Source: Synechococcales cyanobacterium S06 (GTDB lineage: Bacteria; Cyanobacteriota; Cyanobacteriia; Cyanobacteriales; JAABRE01). Taken from it: a DNA stretch of 64,000 nt. The notes beneath the pieces are model-generated. The model saw only the letters and a program-made list of their open reading frames with translations, ran no database searches and was not told where the DNA came from. The stretch spans positions 4,109-68,108 of the forward strand of contig JAABRE010000014.1 of NCBI GenBank assembly GCA_011391125.1, in the 5' to 3' direction. The stretch's first letter is position 1; each line of letters opens with the position of its first letter. This document shows, one piece after another, positions 10,398 through 19,600 of the stretch. Made by a program: the position numbers and the translations under genes.

Positions 10398-10465
10398 TAA
10401 TTGACAATTAACAATTGTTTTAGTTAACAGTGGATAGTTGAGAATTGACAGTTATTTTAGTTATA

Positions 10466-10501
10466 GCGGTTAGTTATCAGCTATTAGCTACCCGCTTTTT
10501 T
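10466..10501 (+). terminator. Terminator-like hairpin after the CobO-like gene
   Basis: GCGGTTAG ... CTACCCGC stem (one mismatch) followed by TTTTTT (10496-10501). Confidence 0.5.
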
Positions 10502-10567
10502 AAAACCATTATTTAGCAATGGATTTAAGGTTACATTTGTGGTTTATCCACTTGACAACCGCTAGAT

Positions 10568-10630
10568 CAACTATTAACTATCAACTATCAACTATCAACT
10601 ATCAACTATTAACTATTAACTATTAACTAT
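10568..10630. repeat. Heptamer tandem array, 9 units (CAACTAT/TAACTAT)
   Basis: Read directly: caactat taactat caactat x4 taactat x3. The last unit supplies the TAG stop (minus strand) of the CobW-family gene. Confidence 0.95.
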
Positions 10631-11733
10631 TTTCCGAATCCTTTACCCCGATTATCTGAAGGAAGACACACACATTTTTCTAGTTGTTGTAATAGTTTTT
10701 CGTGATCTAAATTTTGACCGATTAAAACTAATTGATTTTTCTTTTCTCTACCATTCCACTCCTCATCTTCGATGGTGAAACGTTTACCACTTAAATGGAA
10801 GACATGACGGGAGGGACTTTCGTCAAACCACATAATCCCTTTTGCCCGAAATACATTGTCAGAAATTTGGTTGTCCAGAAAATATTGAAATTTTCGAATA
10901 TTCAAGGGGCGATCGCACTGGAAAGAAACCGAGGTAAACCCATCATTTTCTAAGTGGTTGGAGTGCTCATGGTGATGGTGGTGGTGATGTTCATCAGTAC
11001 AATGGGGATCGTGACAGTCATGGTCATGGTCATGATGTTCATGGTGGTCATGGTGTGATTCGTGACTATCAAAATATTTATCAGACTCAAATAAACCGAC
11101 ACTTAAAATTAAAGGTAAAGGAACTTCTGATTTAGTTGTGCGTAAAATTCGCGATCCTTTTTTCAGGTCCCTAATTCTAATTTCTAAAGCATCAACGTCC
11201 GCTTCATCGACTAAATCAGTCTTATTTAAAACGATAATATCACCATACGCAATCTGACTATTCGCAGCTTCACTATTAAATAAATCGAGGCTAAAATTAG
11301 CACAGTCAACCATGGTAACGATGGAATCTAAACGGGTTAAGTCCCTTAATTCTGTGCCTAAAAAAGTTAAAGCAACGGGAAGAGGATCAGCTAATCCAGT
11401 AGTTTCAACTACTAAGTAATCGATCTTATCTTCTCTTTCTAATACTTTATAAACCGCATTAACTAAATCATCGTTAATCGTACAACAAATACAACCATTA
11501 TTTAACTCCACCATGGAGTCATCAGTTTTAATAATCAGTTCATTGTCAATGCCAATTTCGCCAAATTCATTCACCAAAACCGCAGTTTTTACACCTTGTT
11601 GGTTGGTTAAAATATGATTTAAAAGGGTAGTTTTACCACTACCAAGGAAACCTGTAATAATTGTCACTGGTAGGCCATGTTTCACCGTATCAAGGGTTTC
11701 TGAATTGTGAACCGGAGTTTGTGTTGTGGTCAT
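10627..11733 (-). CDS. CobW/G3E-family GTPase metallochaperone with a His-rich insert
   Basis: GFLGSGKTTLLN P-loop, GCICCT metal motif and a His-rich run HESHHDHHEHHDHDHDCHDPHCTDEHHHHHHHEH (about nt 10960-11065). Confidence 0.9.
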   Translation of the reverse strand: MTTTQTPVHNSETLDTVKHGLPVTIITGFLGSGKTTLLNHILTNQQGVKTAVLVNEFGEIGIDNELIIKTDDSMVELNNGCICCTINDDLVNAVYKVLEREDKIDYLVVETTGLADPLPVALTFLGTELRDLTRLDSIVTMVDCANFSLDLFNSEAANSQIAYGDIIVLNKTDLVDEADVDALEIRIRDLKKGSRILRTTKSEVPLPLILSVGLFESDKYFDSHESHHDHHEHHDHDHDCHDPHCTDEHHHHHHHEHSNHLENDGFTSVSFQCDRPLNIRKFQYFLDNQISDNVFRAKGIMWFDESPSRHVFHLSGKRFTIEDEEWNGREKKNQLVLIGQNLDHEKLLQQLEKCVCLPSDNRGKGFGK

Positions 11734-11941
11734 AGAATAGGGAAAATTTTAAAATAAACGTCTGATTAAACTATTATTACTTATTCTCTGTCTTAATTAC
11801 GATGAAAGCCCAAATAGGGCATTGCTGTATTTTTAAATCGAGGTAGCAATCCTCTCTACAAAACAGTTTAAAAACTGGTTTTCATCCATTTTTACCATGT
11901 TTAAAGTATCTGACCTTATGTTATGTCAAAAAGTCTGTTTT

Positions 11942-13162
11942 TTAGCCCCAGAATTTAATTTGTTCCTTGGTACTGTAATTGGGGAATATTTGGGCAAGAT
12001 TGGCCGAACTTGACCGAAAGTGCGTTGATAAAAGGGACAGCAACACATCGCGAAAATCAGTGGTGATATTTAAGTCACGTCCTTGAAATAAATCCCCTTC
12101 TTCTAATCCTGGCCAGTCTCCATAAACCTTACCACCTTGAATACCACCACCTAAAAGCCAGATCACGTTTCCATGACCATGATCTGTCCCTAAATTACCA
12201 TTTTCCCGTACAGTGCGCCCAAATTCCGACATCACCACAATGGCGGTATCTTTGTAGGTAGAACCCAATCCCTTGACCAGAGCGCTTAATCCCTCTCCTA
12301 GGGGTTTCAAATTGCGATTTAACAGATTATTTTCGTTTATATGAGTATCCCAACCACCCACAGACATAAAACCTAACTGGGTTTTGGCATCCCCCACCAT
12401 TAATTTAGCCAAATTTTGCGCATCCGTGGCAAAGTTAACCGGAGAAGGAGCTCCTTGGTTGGCCATGTTCATCTCCTGATCTAGTTCTTGGAGCAGGATT
12501 TCTCGGGCCTGTTGTCCTTCTTTGTAGCTCATACTCAGGTCATCTTTACCTGTGTAAAGGCGATCGAATGCCGTATTTACGGGAAGTTCATCAATAGCCA
12601 AATGGCGATTAGCGGCCTTCCCGATGGGCAAATTAGCCACCGGATTTGAACCAACAAGAATTCTTGGCGTAGTCGTTCCTAAATTGACGGCCTGTACCGG
12701 GTTATCTTGATTTACAATACCTAAAAGTCGATTCATCCAACCCGTGGTAGTGGTTTTTACTCCTGGTGTTCCCGTTTCCATATATTCTTGAGCGTCGAAA
12801 TGGGACCGAGTATGATCAGGAGAACCAACTGCGTGAACAAACGCGAGACTACGCTGCTGCCATAATGGCATTAATTCGGCTAAAGCGGGATGCAGTCCGA
12901 ATTTTTCATTGAGCTTGAGAACACCCCCTTCTTTACCCGGAGAGGGTAAAGCAATGGTGGGACGAGCAGTGTAGTAACTTGACTCCTGATAGGGAACAAC
13001 GATATTTAAACCATCTACAGCACCACGAAGGAAAATAACGATCAATTTTTTCTGGGTGTTGCTTGGAGTAACAGCCCTAGCTACCCAGCCATTTAAACCA
13101 ACGGGTATTATTATTGATCCAGTAAGCAAGGCAAGAGATTGGATAAGTTTTCTACGTTTCAT
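11942..13162 (-). CDS. DUF1501-family (sulfatase/phosphatase-like) exported protein
   Basis: 406 aa with an MKRRKLIQSLALLTGS signal (Tat-like RRK) and the GGWDTH and SEFGRTVRENGNLGTDHGHG motifs typical of DUF1501. Confidence 0.75.
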   Translation of the reverse strand: MKRRKLIQSLALLTGSIIIPVGLNGWVARAVTPSNTQKKLIVIFLRGAVDGLNIVVPYQESSYYTARPTIALPSPGKEGGVLKLNEKFGLHPALAELMPLWQQRSLAFVHAVGSPDHTRSHFDAQEYMETGTPGVKTTTTGWMNRLLGIVNQDNPVQAVNLGTTTPRILVGSNPVANLPIGKAANRHLAIDELPVNTAFDRLYTGKDDLSMSYKEGQQAREILLQELDQEMNMANQGAPSPVNFATDAQNLAKLMVGDAKTQLGFMSVGGWDTHINENNLLNRNLKPLGEGLSALVKGLGSTYKDTAIVVMSEFGRTVRENGNLGTDHGHGNVIWLLGGGIQGGKVYGDWPGLEEGDLFQGRDLNITTDFRDVLLSLLSTHFRSSSANLAQIFPNYSTKEQIKFWG

Positions 13163-13174
13163 GTGACCTCTTAA

Positions 13175-14653
13175 TTAACGATTCATCATTTCTGGACTAC
13201 CCAACATTAAACTTGCTTGTAGGTTGGGAGGACTGCTATTAAGAACAGATTGAGTATGAGGGGAAAAATTATCGCCCAAGGTTTGGCTTAATTGATTGGC
13301 ATTAACGGCCTGTTTTTGGTTGAAAGAACCTCGACTAAAAGCTGTCGCTAAACTGACACGACGCATCATTGCATCTGGACTCAACCAAGCTTCTCTGGTG
13401 TTTTTGTAACCATCGGGAGTGCTACAACCAAAAATGGGCATTCCCATCTGAGCAATAGTACCTGAGACTTGGCGTATATTAACATTATTGATCCCCACAG
13501 CTCGCACTAAGGAAACCACATATTCGTAGGGAGTTTTAAATTTACTGTCGTAAAATTGAGAGTTGAGAAATTCTGGACTTTGAAAAAGGGTTTCTAAAAC
13601 TGCTTTGAGATTGCCATCGGTTTGGGAAAATTTTTGAGCCAGGTTTTTCACTAGGCTGACTGGAGGTTCATCGTTGACAAAATATTGTGCTAATTTATAA
13701 CTGAGATGACGAGCTGTACTCGGATGACGAGCTAGTAAATCAAGAGCTTGCTCCACCTCGTCAGCTCCACTACCCTTGATAGTTTGCCCCAATAGCACTT
13801 TGTCACTAAAATCATGGCGTTTGGGGTTGAAATAGAAACCAGTACCATCTCCTTGCTTACCGTTAGGAGAAACTCCCCAACCAGTGAGGATATGAGCAAG
13901 ATTTACCACATCCTCCTGACCATAACCTCCGTCAACTCCGAGGGTGTGTAATTCTAGTAATTCCCGGGCATAATTTTCATTAATACCTTTAAATTGTCCT
14001 TTCGCTTCGGGGCTATTCGGATCGGTATTGCGCCAGTTATCAAGATACTCTAACATGGCTGGATGGCGAGCGACAGCTCCTAATAAATCACGAAATTTAC
14101 CCATAGTATAGGGTCGAATGGCTTGTTCCTCGTAATTGCCAATCCACATTTGGGTCATTCTGTTCTTTCTGACAAAAACATTGAAGTGATTAAACCAAAA
14201 GTTAGTCAGCACTTCCTGAAGTTGTTTTTTACTGGCGATCGCCCTGACTAAATGAGCTTCAATGGCCTGATCTCTCATTTTGTTACGATATTCACGCGCG
14301 ATGACTGTTTCTTTTTTATCCTGTTTATTTTCCTTGAAGTTGAGACGTTCATATTCGCGATAAATGGCCGCAGGGGTTTCCTTGAAAGTGGAAAATTCCC
14401 TTAATTTAGTGCTTAATTCTGGCGATTCCTTGATTGATTGGTATGCCAATTGACTAGCAATATAATTTTTGATTCCCTGTGACTTGACTAAGTCAATAGA
14501 TCCCTGAGTTTGACCGAAAGTGAGACGATCAAGAATATGAATGAGTTGGGGATCATTAGAAGCACTGTGAGCAAAATCAAAGGGTAAAATCTTAAACCAG
14601 CAAACGATAGCGATAATGGGGATTAATAAATATACAATAAATTTTTTTCTCAT
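13175..14653 (-). CDS. DUF1800-family protein (usual partner of DUF1501)
   Basis: 492 aa with an N-terminal TM/signal, an FWFNHFNV motif and ELHTLGVDGGY. It lies 12 nt upstream of the DUF1501 gene. Confidence 0.7.
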   Translation of the reverse strand: MRKKFIVYLLIPIIAIVCWFKILPFDFAHSASNDPQLIHILDRLTFGQTQGSIDLVKSQGIKNYIASQLAYQSIKESPELSTKLREFSTFKETPAAIYREYERLNFKENKQDKKETVIAREYRNKMRDQAIEAHLVRAIASKKQLQEVLTNFWFNHFNVFVRKNRMTQMWIGNYEEQAIRPYTMGKFRDLLGAVARHPAMLEYLDNWRNTDPNSPEAKGQFKGINENYARELLELHTLGVDGGYGQEDVVNLAHILTGWGVSPNGKQGDGTGFYFNPKRHDFSDKVLLGQTIKGSGADEVEQALDLLARHPSTARHLSYKLAQYFVNDEPPVSLVKNLAQKFSQTDGNLKAVLETLFQSPEFLNSQFYDSKFKTPYEYVVSLVRAVGINNVNIRQVSGTIAQMGMPIFGCSTPDGYKNTREAWLSPDAMMRRVSLATAFSRGSFNQKQAVNANQLSQTLGDNFSPHTQSVLNSSPPNLQASLMLGSPEMMNR

Positions 14654-14746
14654 AAATCTTTAAATATTTTTAACCAAATTATAGCTATTTACTGGATGAA
14701 CCAAAACTGACCAGAAAAGCAAGGTGTAGGGGTTAACGTAACTATG

Positions 14747-14886
14747 ATCAGTTATAGTGATTCCAATTAAGATTAAAACAGTTGAAAAATAGGTTCGTAG
14801 TTGCGCTTTAGCGCTTCTTAGGACTAAAGTCCAACAACAAACTAAAAACTTTTGTTTAATTTTTATTTGGAATTACTATAACTGAT
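14747..14886. repeat. 140-bp palindromic MITE-like element with a GTTCGTAGTTGCGC core
   Basis: ATCAGTTATAGTGATTCCAA (14747-14766) is inverted at 14867-14886. The core hairpin GTTCGTAGTTG ... CAACAACAAAC spans 14793-14842. Confidence 0.8.
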
Positions 14887-15000
14887 TACTGTGATTCTAG
14901 CTTGTGTCATAATTGTTTCTTAATCGGTAATTACCTGAATTAATACTCTTTTTGTAGTATTGTTAAGATTATCAATCTTTCCCAATTTATAGATATTTAT

Positions 15001-16449
15001 ATGTCAATCACTGTTTATAACACCTTAAGTCGTCAAAAAGAAGCCTTTTCTCCTATTGAAACTGACAAAATCAGAATGTATTGTTGCGGAATGACTGTTT
15101 ATGATTATTGTCATATTGGTCATGCGAGAACTTGTTTAATTTGGGATGTTGTCAGAAGTTACCTACAATGGCGGGGTTATCAAGTTAATTATATCCAAAA
15201 TTTTACTGATATTGATGACAAAATCCTGAACCGCGCCCGTCAGGAAAATACCACCATGGAGGCAGTTTCTGAGCGTTTTATTGCCGCTTATTTTGAAGAT
15301 ATGGCAAATTTGGGGGTAAAAAAAGCAGACGCTTATCCTCGCGCTACACATAGCTTAGACGGGATTAAACGTTTGGTTTATGAGTTGGAGCAAAAAGGCT
15401 TTGCTTATCCCAGCGAGGGGGATGTTTACTATTCCGTCCGTAATTTTCCGGATTATGGTAAGCTTTCTGGGCGCAAATTAGAGGATTTGCAAGTGGGGGC
15501 CAGTGGCAGAGTTGAAGTGGAAGACCCAGAAGCAGCCAAGAAAAAATATCCCTTTGATTTTGCTTTGTGGAAAGCGTCAAAACCCGGTGAACCGTCTTGG
15601 GAGTCAAATTGGGGAGCAGGGAGGCCTGGTTGGCACATTGAATGTTCCGCCATGGTACGCGAGAGATTGGGGGAGACCATTGATTTTCACGTCGGAGGCA
15701 GTGACTTGATTTTTCCCCACCATGAAAATGAAATTGCCCAATCGGAAGCAGTGACAGGGAAACCTCTGGCCAATTATTGGTTACATAATGGGATGGTGAA
15801 GGTGGGAGGCGAAAAAATGTCCAAATCTTTGGGCAATTTTACCACTATTCGCGATTTATTGGCGAAATTTGAACCCGAAGCAGTTAGATTATTTATTTTG
15901 CAGGCACATTATCGCAAACCCATTGACTTTACCGACGAAGCATTGCAGGCTGCCACCAATGGTTGGCATACCCTGCGACAAGGCTTATTATTTGGCCAGC
16001 AATATGGCGCAAAATTAAACTGGGATAAGGAGTTAAATTTCGATAAAAATATTGCCTTAGAATTTGAAAAAGTGGTGGATGAAGACTTTAATTTTAGTGG
16101 TGGTTTAGCAGTTTTATTTGAGGTAGCGAAAAATTTAATCAAGGAAGGCAATATTTTAGTACATCAAGGGAAAACAGAAACTTTAAGTAATGAGTTACAA
16201 AAACAATGGCAAACTTTGGTAAAATTAGCAGAAGTTTTAGGTTTTGAAGCCAAAATTGACCAGGAAGTTAAGATTAGTAATAACGGGTTAACAGATGAAG
16301 CAATTGAGACTTTAATTAGCCGAAGAAGTGAGGCTAAAAAAGCGAAAAATTTTGCGGAAGCTGATCGTATTCGCAATGAATTACAGTCCCAAGGAATCAA
16401 TTTAATTGATCAATCCGGTGGTGTAACAAAATGGCACAGAAATAGTTGA
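15001..16449 (+). CDS. cysS: Cysteine--tRNA ligase
   Basis: 482 aa with a HIGH-type motif (CHIGHARTC), KMSKSLGN and WHIECSAM. Confidence 0.97.
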   Translation: MSITVYNTLSRQKEAFSPIETDKIRMYCCGMTVYDYCHIGHARTCLIWDVVRSYLQWRGYQVNYIQNFTDIDDKILNRARQENTTMEAVSERFIAAYFEDMANLGVKKADAYPRATHSLDGIKRLVYELEQKGFAYPSEGDVYYSVRNFPDYGKLSGRKLEDLQVGASGRVEVEDPEAAKKKYPFDFALWKASKPGEPSWESNWGAGRPGWHIECSAMVRERLGETIDFHVGGSDLIFPHHENEIAQSEAVTGKPLANYWLHNGMVKVGGEKMSKSLGNFTTIRDLLAKFEPEAVRLFILQAHYRKPIDFTDEALQAATNGWHTLRQGLLFGQQYGAKLNWDKELNFDKNIALEFEKVVDEDFNFSGGLAVLFEVAKNLIKEGNILVHQGKTETLSNELQKQWQTLVKLAEVLGFEAKIDQEVKISNNGLTDEAIETLISRRSEAKKAKNFAEADRIRNELQSQGINLIDQSGGVTKWHRNS

Positions 16450-16623
16450 TAATTGACAATTATAGCATTTTCAGATTAAAGGAGAAACATCCCTTACCCC
16501 CAACCAAAGGAAGAGGGGGAAGAAGATTCCTCATAAATTTTATAAGTGCTATAACAATTAACAATTAGGAAGTGTGAGCATCTTGCTCACGAATTGATCA
16601 AGTATCAATGGTAAAATAAATGA

Positions 16624-19600
16624 ATGAATCAGTTTAATTTTTCAGATCAAAAATTTATACCGTTAATTATTCTAACTTTGTTGGGATATTTGGGAAATTA
16701 TTATCATCTCTCTGTCTTTTTTGGGGTAGATTTCCTTTTTGGTAGTATCTTTGTCTTTTTAACTATCTATTATTACGGTATTATTCCTGGTACAATTGTC
16801 GGTTTTATTGCTTCCGTTTATACTTATCAACTTTGGGGACATCCATTTGCCATTATTATTTATACCTTAGAATCTGTATTTATTGCTTGGCAATTATATT
16901 ATAAAAAACAAGAAAATATAGTTTTTTGGGCTGGCTTTTATTGGCTTTTAATTGGGATTCCTTTGGTCTTATTATTTTATGGTTTACTTTTAGAAGTACC
17001 ACCTAATGGGACATTATTAATTGCTTTAAAACAATCCGTTAATGGTATATTTAATGCTTTGTTAGCCAGTTTAATAATTAATTATTTACCTGTCTATAAA
17101 TGGTTGAAAAATAACAAATATAAAAACAAGTTATCTTTACAGCAAACTATTTTTAACTTATTAGTTAGTTTTGTCTTTATTCCTGCTTTAATTATTACCA
17201 TTTTAAATGGTAATCAAATTATGAATACCATCAAAAGTCAAATAAATATTGAGTTAAATTCCATCGCTCAACCCCTGTCAGCTAATCTTAACCTATGGTA
17301 TAATCAACATTTCTATGCTGTTAATCAATTAAATAAAATTGCTTCGGAAACTACGACTCTTGCCACTTTACAAAATAGCACCGAGTTAATCAAAAAAGCT
17401 TCGCCGGATTTTTTGAAAATGTATGTTACTGATGTTAATGGTAAGATTATTAGTGCCGAACCCAATCTTAATGAAAAAGGGCAACCAATGCTTCGTTTAA
17501 ATATAGCTGATCAACCAGAATTTAAACTAGCTAAAACTATTTTAAATCCCCTGATTACTGATGTTCATATTGATCAAGCTTATCCTTTTCCCCATCTGGG
17601 AATTATGATTCCTATTATTAAGAATAATAGCTTTCAAGGAGTTACTTATGGTTCTTTAGATTTAAAAGAAATTAACCAAGTATTTAAGGATAGTTCCCGA
17701 AAAAGACAATTAAAAATAACTTTAATTGATCGACAAAATAAAGTTATTACCAGTACAGATTTAGACACCAAAAATCAGAATTTATTCCTACCAGACAAAG
17801 AGCGGGAAATCCAGCATCTTGATGATAATATTTATCAATCTTTACCGATTGCTAAAGGTATGCCAATTATGGTACGTTGGCGGAAATCTTTTCATGTTAA
17901 ACAAATTGCGGTATCCTCAGATATTCCTTGGACTTTAGTCGTTGAACTGCCTACTAGTCCTTATATAGATTATATTGAAAGATTATATATTAAAAGTTTA
18001 GCTTTAATGCTATTAATTACAATTTTAGCCTTAATTTCAGCCATTATTTTAAGTACAAAATTAGTTAAACCGCTATTAATTCTGGCTTCTTTAACAACTA
18101 ATTTACCAGAGAAATTAGAAAATAATTTAATTGCCACGGATTTACCAGATAGTGATATTAAAGAAATTGAAACCTTGAGTTATAATTTTCAATTAATGCT
18201 TCTCGCACTTAATGAGAAATTTCAAGAAATTAAACAAGTTAATAATAACCTCGAAACAATCGTAGAAGAAAGAACCCAAGAATTGTTAGAATTAAATCAA
18301 GAATTAGAGGAAGAAATTAAAGAAAGGGAACAAATTCAGCACATATTAATTGAAAAAAAGGAACGTTATGATTTAGCGGTTTCCGGTACAAATGATGGCA
18401 TTTGGGATTGGCATTTAAACACCAATGAGGTTTATTTTTCTCCGTCATGGATGCGAATTTTAGGTTATGAAGATTCCCCTTTACCTAATCATATTTTAAG
18501 TTGGATAGATAATGTGCATCCAGATGATTTAGAACAGACTATTAAAGCTATTAATAATCATCTCGAAGGTAAAACACCACTTTATGAAAATAGCCATCGT
18601 CTTAAACATAAAAATGGTGATTATATTTGGATTGCAGCTAAGGCCAAATGTATTTATGATCAGGAAGGAAAACCCTATCGTTTAGTTGGTACAAATTCGG
18701 ATATTACTGACAGAAAATTAGCCGAAGAACAACTACAAATTACTAAAGAAGAAGCAGAATCTGCTAATCTTAGTAAGAGTGAATTTCTCGCCACTATGAG
18801 TCATGAAATTCGTACTCCCATGAATGCTGTGATCGGAATGACTGGCTTACTTTTAGATACAAATTTGACGAGACAACAACGAGATTTTGTGGAAATTATT
18901 AGAAATAGCGGCGATAGTTTATTAACAATTATTAATGATATTCTTGATTTTTCTAAAATTGAATCTGGTAATTTAGAGTTAGAAGAACAACCTTTTAACC
19001 TTCGCATTTGTATTGAAGAATCTTTAGATTTACTCGCATCTAAAGCTCGGGATAAAAATATTGAATTGGCTTATTTAATGACTCCTAATACTCCTGAATT
19101 AATTATGGGAGATGTGACAAGATTAAGACAAATTTTGGTTAATCTTCTCGGTAATGCGATTAAATTTACTAATTCTGGTGAAGTGGTTGTATCAGCGGAT
19201 TCAACTATTATTGAGGGTGATAATTTACCTTTGTGTTTAATACAATTTGCTGTTCGTGATAGCGGTATTGGTATTGCACCTCAACGTATGCATCGACTAT
19301 TTAAAGCTTTTAGTCAAGTCGATTCTTCCACCACTAGAATTTACGGAGGCACCGGATTGGGGTTAGTAATTAGTCAAAAATTAACCGATTTAATGGAAGG
19401 TCAAATGTGGGTAGAAAGTGGGGGCTTTGTTGGTGGCAATGTTCCGGTTAATTGGACTTTTGAACCGAGGCCAATTGGTTCTACTTTTTATTTTACCATT
19501 GTTACTAATCCTGTCTATTATTCCTGTTTATTAGATCAGAAGAATAATGATAATTTCTTGAAAGATAAAGAATTATTAATAGTTGATGATAATATGACCA

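Noticed and set aside
10568-10630. Heptamer arrays considered as possible CRISPR arrays
   Set aside because: The period is 7 nt with no spacers and there are no cas genes. They are simple tandem repeats.
15163-16400. Six short ORFs (62-80 aa) overlapping cysS in sense and antisense frames
   Set aside because: cysS is unambiguous (HIGH and KMSKS motifs). The overlapping ORFs have no motifs or start context.
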